Shown here: positions 16,448 to 25,099 of the stretch, piece after piece
Numbering within the stretch: the first letter of the stretch is position 1
How the letters are laid out: the number at the start of each line of letters is the position of its first letter
Assembly (NCBI RefSeq): GCF_000012925.1
Contig: NC_007517.1
Span: 240,001-272,000 of the forward strand
Direction: 5' to 3'
DNA: 32,000 nucleotides
Origin: Geobacter metallireducens GS-15
Lineage (GTDB): Bacteria; Desulfobacterota; Desulfuromonadia; Geobacterales; Geobacteraceae
Notes under the pieces: model-generated
Told to the model about the DNA's origin: nothing
What the model saw: only the letters and a program-made list of their open reading frames with translations
The model's database searches: none
Program-made: the position numbers and the translations under genes

Positions 16448-17654
16448 ATGGATGGGAACCGACGCCGTGCCGCTGTCTCAAGAACAACCAGACCAGCGGG
16501 GGCAGCACCAGCAGGTAGGCGAAGAAGAGGAGCCGGAAGCTGTTCCCCACCCCGTGGGCATCGGCAAATCGGCCAAGGAGCGGGGCGGTGACGGCGAACA
16601 GCAGCCGGAAGCAGAGGGACTGGAGCGAGAGCATCCCTGCCCGGTTGGCCGACGGGATCTCGGCCTGAGCCACGTGCAGCAGGAACGGCCCCCGCATCCC
16701 CCGCATGGCCGTCAGCAGGTAGTAGAAGAGAAATCCCCACACTCCCGCCGCAAGCCCCAGCCCCAGGTATCCGCCCCAGACGAGGATTATCAGCAGGAAG
16801 ATCATGCCGCGATCGCGGAGCTGCTCCCGCAGCCGGTGGCTGAATACGGCAAAGATGGCCACGGTGAGGTTGGCCCCGGCCCAGATTGGGCCAAAGGAGG
16901 CGAGGGGAACCCCGGCGTTCCGCATGTAGGGCTGGATCAGCCAGACGGGGTAGAAGGAGGAGAGCCCGAGGGCGATGCTGAGGAGGACCGTCACCCGGAG
17001 GCGCCGGTTCTCGATGAAGACGTAACGCGCCGAGGCAAGGGACTCCTTCAGGTGGTTGACCTGGTGGTGCCGCTCGCGGGGCGGTTCGGCCATGCCGCGG
17101 GTGAGGAGGAGCGCCAGGACCCAGACCGCAACCTGGAGCACAAAGGGGAGGAGCGGATAACGGGCGTAGAGCACCCCGGCGAAGAGCGCCCCGGCGGCCT
17201 CGCCGGTCTGGCCGAAGAAGGTGGAGCGCCCCTCGAACCGGCCGTATGCCGCTTCATCCCCCGTCTCCTTGAGGGATTCGTAGAGGAGCGCGCTGTCCGT
17301 GCCGCTGATGAACGAGGTGGAGATGCCGAGGAGGGTCTCGGCGATGAGGACATCCCGGAACGACGAGGCGACCGTGTAGACCCCCCAGCCGGCTATGCCG
17401 AGAACCGACGCCAGGGTCAGGGCGGTGCGGTAGCCGACCCGGTCGCTGATGTAGCCGGAGGGGTACTCCATCACCACCATCGCCACGGCGAAGATGCTCT
17501 GGAGGAGCAGGATCTGGGACAGCGAGAGCCCGATGTGGTCCTTCCAGAAGAGGGTGATGACTGCCATGGGGAACAGGGTCATCTGGAGGAAGGAAAAGCC
17601 GTAGAGGAGGGGAATGTTGCGCCGGAGCGAAGTCATGGCGGCATTATGAAGCAT
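16446..17654 (-). CDS. MFS transporter
   Basis: 402 aa with hydrophobic segments spanning the whole length. Loop motif SGYISDRVGYR, typical of the MFS TM2-TM3 loop. Confidence 0.8.
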   Translation of the reverse strand: MLHNAAMTSLRRNIPLLYGFSFLQMTLFPMAVITLFWKDHIGLSLSQILLLQSIFAVAMVVMEYPSGYISDRVGYRTALTLASVLGIAGWGVYTVASSFRDVLIAETLLGISTSFISGTDSALLYESLKETGDEAAYGRFEGRSTFFGQTGEAAGALFAGVLYARYPLLPFVLQVAVWVLALLLTRGMAEPPRERHHQVNHLKESLASARYVFIENRRLRVTVLLSIALGLSSFYPVWLIQPYMRNAGVPLASFGPIWAGANLTVAIFAVFSHRLREQLRDRGMIFLLIILVWGGYLGLGLAAGVWGFLFYYLLTAMRGMRGPFLLHVAQAEIPSANRAGMLSLQSLCFRLLFAVTAPLLGRFADAHGVGNSFRLLFFAYLLVLPPLVWLFLRQRHGVGSHP

Positions 17655-17811
17655 TCCGGACCAATTATGAAGCGGGAACGTGAGGCAGCCGACGGGCTGC
17701 CGTTGTCGATTCCCCTCTTGCAGTTTTGCACGACTTTACACCACAATGGTTGGGACGGCTGAACGTGGAACGTACGTTTACCCATGGACGGAAGGCGAGG
17801 CGGGCACGAAG

Positions 17812-18468
17812 ATGTTTGAGGGGATTTTCTGGGACAACGACGGGGTGTTGATGGAGACCGAGCACCTCTACTATCAGGCCAATGCCGAGGCGTTGGCCCA
17901 GGCGGGGGTGACGCTTACCCTTGACGACTTTCGCCGGATCTCCCTGCGCCAGGGGGAGAGCGTGCTTGGCTTGGCCGCCGGCGCGGGGCTGGGTGACGAG
18001 GAGGCTACGGCGCTGCGCCGGGTGCGGGACGGGATCTATTACCGGCTTCTGGGGGAGGAGGCCCGGGTGATGTCCGGGGTGCGGGAAACCCTGGCGCGGC
18101 TCCACGGCCGGCTCCCCATGGCGATCGTCACCAGCTGCCGCCGGGAGAACTTCCTGCAGATGCACCGGCAGAGCGGACTCCTCGACTACTTCGATTTCAT
18201 CCTCACCCGCGAGGACTACGGCGCGTCCAAGCCCGATCCCGAGCCATACCGGACCGCCTGCTCCCGGGTCGGGCTCGACCCCGGTCGCTGTCTGGCAATT
18301 GAGGATTCGGAGCGGGGTGTAACCTCCGCCGCCCGGGCCGGGCTCGTCGTTGCCGCGATCCCCGGCGACATGAACCGGGGGGGCGATTTCGGGGCCGCCC
18401 GCTGGCTTCTGGACGGCGTCCGCGAACTGCCGGCGCTTCTGAAGCTCGACGAGGCGCAAGGATCGTAA
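17812..18468 (+). CDS. HAD-IA family hydrolase (phosphatase)
   Basis: A start at 17812 places motif I (FWDNDGVLMETE) at the N-terminus. Motif II is IVTS. Lys is in SKPDPEPY. Motif IV is EDSERGV. The exact start is uncertain; the track ORF begins at 17680. Confidence 0.75.
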   Translation: MFEGIFWDNDGVLMETEHLYYQANAEALAQAGVTLTLDDFRRISLRQGESVLGLAAGAGLGDEEATALRRVRDGIYYRLLGEEARVMSGVRETLARLHGRLPMAIVTSCRRENFLQMHRQSGLLDYFDFILTREDYGASKPDPEPYRTACSRVGLDPGRCLAIEDSERGVTSAARAGLVVAAIPGDMNRGGDFGAARWLLDGVRELPALLKLDEAQGS

Positions 18469-18543
18469 TACCACCGCGGCGCCGCCTCCACCAAGCGTTG
18501 ACAAAAACACCGCCGCCATGTCATAAATCAACTGCCTGACGGG

Positions 18544-18571
18544 AAGCCGCTTCCACCTCATGAAGCGGCTT
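18544..18571 (+). promoter_or_regulatory. perfect 10-bp hairpin enclosing the annotated start codon of the DUF445 gene
   Basis: AAGCCGCTTC (18544-18553), loop CACCTCAT, GAAGCGGCTT (18562-18571). The ATG at 18560 spans the loop-stem junction. Confidence 0.4.
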
Positions 18572-19876
18572 TCGTTCGTCATGGGCTGGCGCGAAAAAAT
18601 GATCCGGAGAACGTGTGTGGACACCAGAAAGCAAGCATTGATCAGAAACAAGACCATAGCAACGGGATTGATGATTGGCGCGGCGATCCTGTTTGTAATC
18701 GCCCGCCTGCAGAAGGGACATGGCGCCTGGGAGTGGGTGGCCGCGTTCGCGGAGGCGGCCATGGTGGGCGCCCTGGCAGACTGGTTTGCGGTGGTGGCCC
18801 TGTTTCGCCACCCGCTGGGGGTGCCGATTCCCCATACGGCGATCATCAAGAACAAGAAGGACGCCATTGCCGGGAACCTGGCCGGCTTCATCCGTGACAA
18901 GTTCCTTGCCACCGACACGCTGATCGCCAAAATGAGGGCCTACAACCCGGCCGAGCACCTGGCCGTCTACCTGATGGCGCGGGACAATGCCGCCGGCATG
19001 GCCAGGGGGGTGACCCGGCTCTGCGCCGACTCCCTGGATTTTATCGATGACGAGCGGGTGCAGCGATTGCTGAGAGCCGCGCTGAGTAACCGGATTGACA
19101 GCTTTGATGTCTCGACCTCCGCCGGAACGGTTCTCGATGCCCTGCGTAAGGACAATCGCCACCAGGTCGTGCTCGATGACCTGTTGCAACGCTGTGCCGG
19201 GTGGCTGGCCGGCGAGGAGGCCCAGGCGCGGCTGGCCACGGCCATCGACGACATGTGCGCCAAGGAATATCCGCTGCTGATGGCGTTTCTTCCCAACCGG
19301 GACAAGTTCGCCCGGGGGGCGGGGGAGAAGATCGTCAAGAGGATCAACGCCTTCATCCAGGAGGTCAATGCCGACCCCGGCCATGAGGTCCGGTACCGCT
19401 TTGACACCGCCGTGACCGGCTTCATCGCCCGGCTGAAGACCGACCCGGTGCTGCGCGACAAGATCGAGGCGATCAAGCGCGACGTTGTCCATAACCAGGC
19501 CATCAGCGATTACGCGCAGAGTATCGGCAGCGACCTCAAGAACTGGCTGAAGAACGATCTGCAGCAGCCCGAGTCGCAGGTGCGGGAGAAAGTTGCGGCG
19601 GCGGTTGCCGGCCTCGGTACGACCCTGGCGCACAACAAGGAACTGCAGGAGTCCCTGAACGCACACCTGGAAACGCTGGTGCTGCACTACGGGGATACGC
19701 TGCGCACGGCGATTGCCGGCCACATAACCGGCACCATGCAGCAGTGGGAACACGAAGACTATACCAACGAGATCGAGCTGAGCATCGGTTCCGATCTGCA
19801 GTTCATCCGGATGAACGGCACCCTGGTGGGAGGGGTGATCGGCCTGCTGCTGCACGCCATCTCGCTGCTGCTGTAA
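18560..19876 (+). CDS. DUF445 (YjiN-like) membrane protein
   Basis: The block FAEAAMVGALADWFAVVALFRHPLGVPIPHTAIIKNKKD closely resembles the conserved DUF445/YjiN core. Alternative starts exist at 18581 and 18599. Confidence 0.7.
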   Translation: MKRLSFVMGWREKMIRRTCVDTRKQALIRNKTIATGLMIGAAILFVIARLQKGHGAWEWVAAFAEAAMVGALADWFAVVALFRHPLGVPIPHTAIIKNKKDAIAGNLAGFIRDKFLATDTLIAKMRAYNPAEHLAVYLMARDNAAGMARGVTRLCADSLDFIDDERVQRLLRAALSNRIDSFDVSTSAGTVLDALRKDNRHQVVLDDLLQRCAGWLAGEEAQARLATAIDDMCAKEYPLLMAFLPNRDKFARGAGEKIVKRINAFIQEVNADPGHEVRYRFDTAVTGFIARLKTDPVLRDKIEAIKRDVVHNQAISDYAQSIGSDLKNWLKNDLQQPESQVREKVAAAVAGLGTTLAHNKELQESLNAHLETLVLHYGDTLRTAIAGHITGTMQQWEHEDYTNEIELSIGSDLQFIRMNGTLVGGVIGLLLHAISLLL

Positions 19877-19960
19877 GTGGCAGCTACGACGTTATGCTCA
19901 ATTGAACAGGTGCCAGACCGCCCACCGCATGTGCGCCATGCATGTCCGTTCTGCGAATAA

Positions 19961-20143
19961 TCAGATCGGCACGTCATCGACCACGTCGGCAGCGCTGTCG
20001 ATCCCGTCGTGGACCGCATTGCCCGCTACCGGAATGATTGAAATCACCGCACCGGTCACCCGCATGGGAACCGATACCAGCTTCGTCAGCACACACCCCT
20101 GCAGCATGAGAAGCATCCCCATAATTATCATCATTCGTATCAT
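19961..20143 (-). CDS. small lipoprotein (60 aa)
   Basis: AGGAGG lies upstream on the minus strand. Signal peptide with lipobox MLLMLQGC. Confidence 0.55.
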   Translation of the reverse strand: MIRMMIIMGMLLMLQGCVLTKLVSVPMRVTGAVISIIPVAGNAVHDGIDSAADVVDDVPI

Positions 20144-20208
20144 CGCGACTCCTCCTTGACGGTAGGGTCGGGAGTCTCCTCTCCCGACTGGATATATATG
20201 CGACTAGA

Positions 20209-20928
20209 TTATACCCCCATGAGCTGAATGCTCCAGAAGGTGAGAAAACCGGCGAAGAGGACGAGGGTGGAAATCGGCTTCTCCTGCACCACATGGGCTT
20301 CCATCAGCAACTCCTCGGTGACGAGGTAGAGAAGCGCGGCGGCGCTGAAGGCAAGGGCTGCGCCGATTGCCGTGTGCGAGGCACCCGCAAGAAGGATGTT
20401 CCCGAGAACCGCGCAGAGCAGTACCGTTACCCCGAGCCCCCCTGAGACAAGGACGATCTGCCGATCGCTGACCTGGTCGGAGGTGAGGGCCAATCCCAAA
20501 AAAAGCAGTTCCACCGACAGGCCGATGGCAAGTATCGGCCCGGTCTCCCCCCCGGCGGCGAACCCGGCGCCGATGATGAAACCATCCACCGCCACGTCGA
20601 TGAAGGTTGCCAGCAGGAGCCCCCGCCCGATGCCTGCCCGTATCCCGGCCAGCTGATCCTGATGTTCGAGGTGCTCGGTCCAGAACTTCAGGCCGTACAT
20701 GAAAAGGCTCCCCAGGGCGAAGGCCCCGATCAGCACCGGGCCGGGCGCGTGTTCCCGCCCGATCTCCGGCAGGAGTTCCACTGCCAGGGCCGCCAGAACC
20801 ACGCCGGCAGCGAAATGCTGAATGAGGCTCCGACTCTGATGGTTCGGTTTCCAGAATGCGGCAAGGAACCCCCCGCACAGGGCGACAACGGCCGGAATCG
20901 AGATGAGGAGAAGATTATGCAGGGTCAC
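20209..20928 (-). CDS. ZIP-family metal cation transporter
   Basis: Polytopic membrane protein with His- and Glu-containing helices (IQHFAAGVVLAALAVELLPE, LAIGLSVELLFLGLAL). A GTG at 20928 preceded by AGAGG is preferred. The open frame extends to 21030. Confidence 0.65.
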   Translation of the reverse strand: MTLHNLLLISIPAVVALCGGFLAAFWKPNHQSRSLIQHFAAGVVLAALAVELLPEIGREHAPGPVLIGAFALGSLFMYGLKFWTEHLEHQDQLAGIRAGIGRGLLLATFIDVAVDGFIIGAGFAAGGETGPILAIGLSVELLFLGLALTSDQVSDRQIVLVSGGLGVTVLLCAVLGNILLAGASHTAIGAALAFSAAALLYLVTEELLMEAHVVQEKPISTLVLFAGFLTFWSIQLMGV

Positions 20929-21065
20929 GGGGCACCTCTTTGAGGGGTGAGACATCATTGAACGCATGAAACCGATTGATACACGCATGTCACGCCGAAA
21001 ACAATAAGCATTCACGGAGCGTGCGTTCAAGGTTGTCGCATTGCGGGGAAAAGAATAGGAAGGAT

Positions 21066-21073
21066 TGTTTCTC
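21066..21073. repeat. target-site duplication TGTTTCTC (left)
   Basis: An identical 8-mer abuts the other IS end at 22447-22454. Confidence 0.85.
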
Positions 21074-22446
21074 GCCTCGTCCGCAGAATCTGTGGGTAGT
21101 TGGCTGAAAAAATAAGGGCATTGCCCCTCCGTGAAGGATAAGATTGTTTTTGCGAGAAACGATCAAGTCCGACACGGGAGAAGCAATGCTTATCAAGACT
21201 GTACTGAACAAGTTCGAGCGTTTCAAGTCCTTCATTTACGGAGATTGCCGACTGGCGAAAGTCGGCGGCTCAGAAGCACTGGTCATTGACATCAAGGCTC
21301 GTCGCAACAGCAAGCCCGAATGCCCGGAATGTGGCAAGCGAGGCAAGACATACGACACGCAACCGGCCCGACTGTTCGAGTATGTGCCGATCTGGGCGTT
21401 CAAGGTCTTCTTTCGCTACGCTCCCCGTCGGGTTCTGTGCCCAATCCATGGGGTAAAGGTTGAATCCCTCCCCTGGGGGTATGGCAAAGAGCAAATGACG
21501 ATCTCGTACCAGGTCTATCTTGCCCGGTGGGCTCGGCGACTCTCCTGGAAGGAAGTTGCCGAAATCTTTAAGACCAGTTGGGACAGCATCTTTCGGGCGG
21601 TGCAGTATGCTGTCGATTACGGCCTGGCAAACAGAAACCTTGATGGCGTTACGGAAATCGGTGTTGATGAAATTGCCGTCTTCAAGGGCCATCAGTATCT
21701 TACGATGGTCTATCAGCTCAATGCCGGCGTCAGGCGTCTTCTCTGGTGTGGTCCGCAACGTCGGATAAGAACGCTACTGCGCTTCTTTCGGGAATTCGGC
21801 AAAGAACGCAGCGCCAAGCTCAAGTATGTCTGCAGCGACATGTGGGCACCGTATCTCAAGGTTATCGCCAAGCGGGCACCCAATGCCGTGAACATCCTCG
21901 ACCGCTTCCACATCATGCGGAAGTTTAACGAAGCGATTGACGAGGTTCGGCGCACCGAAGCCAAGGAGTTCAAGGCCGCCAAGCAGGAGAACGTCCTGGA
22001 AAAGGGCCGTTGGTTGCTGCTGAAACGGCCGGAAAATCTGTCCGAGAAGCAGACGTCACGATTGGGAGATTTGCTCAAGCTCAACCTCTCATCAATCAAG
22101 GCATATCTGCTGCGCGAGGACTTTCAGCAGTTCTGGGACTACCAGCGGTCTGACTTTGCTGGCAAGTTCCTCGACGACTGGGTCATCAGGACAATGCAAA
22201 CTGACCTGGAACCGATGAAGAAGGTTGCCAGGATGTTACGCAACCACAAACCGATGATTCTCAACTGGTTCAAGGCAAAAGGCCGACTTTCCAGCGGCGC
22301 GGTAGAGGGTCTGAACCTCAAAGCAAAACTGACTATCAGAAAAGCGTACGGTTTCCGAACCATCAAGTGCCTGCAAGTGGCGCTATATCACACACTTGGC
22401 GACTTGCCAGAACCCCTGTGTCACCACAGATTCTGCTAAAGAGCCT
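21074..22446 (+). mobile_element. ISL3-family insertion sequence, apparently intact (1373 bp)
   Basis: Terminal inverted repeats are GCCTCGTCCGCAGAATCTGTGG (21074-21095) and CCACAGATTCTGCTAAAGAGCC (22425-22446), matching at 18 of 22 positions. It carries a single transposase ORF and is flanked by an 8-bp direct repeat, as expected for ISL3. Confidence 0.85.
21186..22439 (+). CDS. ISL3-family transposase
   Basis: N-terminal zinc-finger-like CPECG...CPIHG. The core GVDEIAVFKGHQYLTMVYQL...DMWAPY...DRFHIMRKFNEAIDEVRR is typical of ISL3 transposases. The stop lies inside the right IR. Confidence 0.9.
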   Translation: MLIKTVLNKFERFKSFIYGDCRLAKVGGSEALVIDIKARRNSKPECPECGKRGKTYDTQPARLFEYVPIWAFKVFFRYAPRRVLCPIHGVKVESLPWGYGKEQMTISYQVYLARWARRLSWKEVAEIFKTSWDSIFRAVQYAVDYGLANRNLDGVTEIGVDEIAVFKGHQYLTMVYQLNAGVRRLLWCGPQRRIRTLLRFFREFGKERSAKLKYVCSDMWAPYLKVIAKRAPNAVNILDRFHIMRKFNEAIDEVRRTEAKEFKAAKQENVLEKGRWLLLKRPENLSEKQTSRLGDLLKLNLSSIKAYLLREDFQQFWDYQRSDFAGKFLDDWVIRTMQTDLEPMKKVARMLRNHKPMILNWFKAKGRLSSGAVEGLNLKAKLTIRKAYGFRTIKCLQVALYHTLGDLPEPLCHHRFC

Positions 22447-22454
22447 GTTTCTCT
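22447..22454. repeat. target-site duplication TGTTTCTC (right)
   Basis: Matches 21066-21073 exactly. Confidence 0.85.
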
Positions 22455-22522
22455 GAAGAGTAGCCTCTCCCTGATTGCTCTCCTCTCAGAGGTGTGAACT
22501 GCGGAGCGTTCGCACTGCCGGC

Positions 22523-22933
22523 CTAGCGGCCGGGAGCCTTCCTTCTGGCACCGTGCATCGAGGAGTCAATGCTCCAGATGCCGCCCCCCTGCGAGGCGAT
22601 GAACAGGAACGCGAAGCAGTAGAGCACGGCAAGCTCCCCCTTGTTCTGGATCGGCAGGAGCGCCGTGGTCCCGTGCACCATCCAGTAGGCAACGGCCATC
22701 TCCCCGCTGGTTATGAAGGCTGCCCAGTGGGTGAACAGGCCGATCATCACGAGGAATCCCCCGATCAGTTCGATGGGGCCGGCAACGTAGGTGAGGAATG
22801 CGGGAACGTCACCCGGCATTCCGATTGGGAAGGCGAACAGCTTCTGGGAGCCGTGCCACAGGAACAGAAAACCGGTAACGATCCTCATCAGCGCGTAGCA
22901 GTAGGAACTGTATAGTGACATGAACGATTTCAT
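22523..22933 (-). CDS. DoxX-family membrane protein
   Basis: 136 aa with four hydrophobic helices. N-terminal pattern LMRIVTGFLFLWHGSQKLF is typical of DoxX. Confidence 0.8.
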   Translation of the reverse strand: MKSFMSLYSSYCYALMRIVTGFLFLWHGSQKLFAFPIGMPGDVPAFLTYVAGPIELIGGFLVMIGLFTHWAAFITSGEMAVAYWMVHGTTALLPIQNKGELAVLYCFAFLFIASQGGGIWSIDSSMHGARRKAPGR

Positions 22934-23105
22934 GGTGAGACCTCCTTATCGGCAGCGTGTGCTTTAAGACTATTTTAGTCTCTTTTGTGTCTGCCGCAAC
23001 CCTCGGAAATGCGGCTTGCTTACCAGCATCTCTGCCGGTCACTGCTGGCGGTGATATAATGGGAATCAAAAGGAGCCAAAAGAGATAAAGGAATCGGTGA
23101 TCATC

Positions 23106-24068
23106 ATGAAAGCTATTCGAGTGCGTGAATTTGGCGAACCGGAAGTGATGGGGCTAGAAGACGTGGCCCCCCTGACCCCGGGACCGGCAGAGGTCGTGGT
23201 CAGGCTGCACGCCGTGGGGGTGAACCCGGTTGATGCCTATATCCGCTCCGGCCAGTACCGCCCTGACCTGAAACTTCCCTACACGCCCGGCCTCGACGGG
23301 GCCGGCGTCATCAGTGCCGTCGGTTCGGAAGTCAAGCACCGGCACGTGGGACAGCGGGTCTATGTCGCCTGGTCCCTGAGCGGTACCTATGCGGAGGAGG
23401 TCCTCTGCAAGGAATTCCAGACCCATCCGCTTCCCGACGGGGTCAGCTTCGCCCAGGGCGCGGCCATCGGCGTCCCCTATGGCGCCGCATTCCGGGCGCT
23501 GTTCCAGCGTGCCCATGCGGTGGCAGGGGAAACGGTGCTGATCCATGGCGCGAGCGGCGGCGTGGGGATTGCGGCGGTGCAGCTCGCCCGGAGGGCCGGC
23601 ATGTGGGTGATCGGTACCGCCGGCACGGAGAAGGGCGAGGCGCTGGTGAGGGCCCAGGGTGCCCACCATGTCCTGAACCACCGTGTCGAGGGGTATCTGG
23701 ACAGGCTGCAGGAGTTCCCCTGCGGCAAGGGGGTGGACGTTATCGTGGAGATGCTCGCCAACGTGAACCTGGACCGTGACCTTGGGGTGCTGGCAAAGGG
23801 GGGCCGGGTGGTGGTGGTTGGCAGCCGCGGCCGGGTGGAGATCGATCCCCGCACCGCCATGGGAAAGGAAGCCGCGATCCTTGGCATGACCCTCTACAAC
23901 GCCAGCGACAAGGAACTGGCCGGCATGCATGCGGCATTTGTCGAGGGGCTGGCCAACGGCACCCTCAGGCCGGTGGTGAGCCGGGAGCTCCCCCTTGCCG
24001 CCGCGGCTGAGGCCCATCACGCGGTCATGGAGTCGAGCACCTTCGGCAAGATCGTGCTGCTTCCGTGA
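23106..24068 (+). CDS. NADPH:quinone oxidoreductase (zeta-crystallin-like MDR family)
   Basis: MKAIRV...GVNPVDAYIRSG...HGASGGVGIAAVQLA (nucleotide-binding GxSGGVG). An extended -10 (TGATATAAT) lies upstream at 23051-23059. It is divergent from the DoxX gene. Confidence 0.85.
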   Translation: MKAIRVREFGEPEVMGLEDVAPLTPGPAEVVVRLHAVGVNPVDAYIRSGQYRPDLKLPYTPGLDGAGVISAVGSEVKHRHVGQRVYVAWSLSGTYAEEVLCKEFQTHPLPDGVSFAQGAAIGVPYGAAFRALFQRAHAVAGETVLIHGASGGVGIAAVQLARRAGMWVIGTAGTEKGEALVRAQGAHHVLNHRVEGYLDRLQEFPCGKGVDVIVEMLANVNLDRDLGVLAKGGRVVVVGSRGRVEIDPRTAMGKEAAILGMTLYNASDKELAGMHAAFVEGLANGTLRPVVSRELPLAAAAEAHHAVMESSTFGKIVLLP

Positions 24069-24084
24069 GTGGGGCAGACGGCAC

Positions 24085-24930
24085 TCACGAGGCGATGGCA
24101 TACACCTCCGAGGAGATCGTGAGGTTCCCTTCGTCGAGCGCAAGGGGATGGGCACTATGCCCGATCAGTTCATAGAGCCGCTGATACCGCTCCACTTCCG
24201 CGTGCTGGGCTGTCTTGCGCCCGTAATATTTCCCTGGCTGGGCGAAGACATCGGTCACCACCTGGTCGTCGTAGATGGCAAAGTTGCAGGAGCCGGTGGT
24301 GTCCCGGCCGTTGATGTCGGTGGCGGCGGGGAGTTCGTCGCGGAAGGCGACCCGCACGTTGACGCCGTCACCATGCTGCGCGAGGAGCACCTTTTGCACT
24401 TCAGGGTCGGCAAGATCGTCGCGGTTGACGACGAAGATTCGGGTGATGGCCACTCCCTGCCCCAGGGCGCGGAGATTGGCCTGGTAGAAGTTGAGGAGGG
24501 TGCCGCGGTTTCCCCACCCGGGGGTCATGGGGTCCACCGCCTTGACGGAGTGGGTTGCCGCGTCGGAGAGTTTGGCCCCTTCCAGATAGAACTCGGTATC
24601 GTCCAGGGGGATGTACCCCTTTTCGAGCATGAGGAGCGTCCGCCGGGTCGAGGCCATCAACTCGGTGGCCCGGGCATGGCATTCGGCATCGCAAATCCGG
24701 GCGATGGCCGCAGGGATCTCGTGGGCCTCCCGGTACTGCTCGATGAGGGCGTCCCGTGATTTCTCCACATCTTCCCGCAGCAGCCAGGTGGCGAGGGAGA
24801 GGAGCACGCCCACGGCAAAGGTGACGTAGGCGACCTCCTCGTGGCGGAGTACCCAGTGGAAAAAGATCGCCAAGCCGGACCCGACGAGGAATTCGATAAA
24901 TACCGCCATGTTGTGGATTTTCTTGTTCAT
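24085..24930 (-). CDS. membrane-anchored protein of unknown function (2 TM helices plus a cytoplasmic or periplasmic domain)
   Basis: The ATG at 24930 is preceded by AGGAGG; the track ORF extends to 24996. TM segments are MAVFIEFLVGSGLAIFFHWVL and VAYVTFAVGVLLSLATWLL. I recognise no family signature in the C-terminal domain. Confidence 0.6.
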   Translation of the reverse strand: MNKKIHNMAVFIEFLVGSGLAIFFHWVLRHEEVAYVTFAVGVLLSLATWLLREDVEKSRDALIEQYREAHEIPAAIARICDAECHARATELMASTRRTLLMLEKGYIPLDDTEFYLEGAKLSDAATHSVKAVDPMTPGWGNRGTLLNFYQANLRALGQGVAITRIFVVNRDDLADPEVQKVLLAQHGDGVNVRVAFRDELPAATDINGRDTTGSCNFAIYDDQVVTDVFAQPGKYYGRKTAQHAEVERYQRLYELIGHSAHPLALDEGNLTISSEVYAIAS

Positions 24931-24955
24931 GATTTGTACCTCCTGCGTGGTTCCA

Positions 24956-25070
24956 GAAAACGAAAAAGCCGGGTCGCCGAAAAAATATTTCGGCAACCCG
25001 GCTGTCTCGGTGAGACCCTATGGGCTTTCCGCCCCATCCTCGCGGATGGTTTAGTATTGTCGTCTATTCT
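24956..25070 (-). promoter_or_regulatory. GEMM-I (cyclic-dinucleotide) riboswitch, aptamer plus intrinsic terminator, copy 1
   Basis: The minus strand reads ACGACAATACTAAACCATCCGCGAGGATGGGGCGGAAAGCCCATAGGGTCTCACCGAGACAGCCGGGTTGCCG. It has an AAACC junction, a hairpin capped by the GNRA loop GCGA, a GCGGAAAGCC junction, and a second hairpin. A terminator follows: AGCCGGGTTGCCGAAA/TTCGGCGACCCGGCT plus TTTTTCGTTTT. Confidence 0.75.
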
Positions 25071-25099
25071 GAAACCTGATTTGATTCGTTGAGCTATCC

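Noticed and set aside
20990-21235. 81-aa minus-strand ORF between the ZIP gene and the transposase.
   Set aside because: It crosses the IS left boundary (21074). It is therefore a chimeric artefact of the insertion, and it has no RBS or motif.
24841-25092. Plus-strand ORFs 24841..25092 and 31408..31623, which share the peptide FRQPGCLGETLWAFRPILADGLVLS.
   Set aside because: The shared peptide is the antisense translation of the duplicated riboswitch aptamer. It is not a duplicated protein gene.
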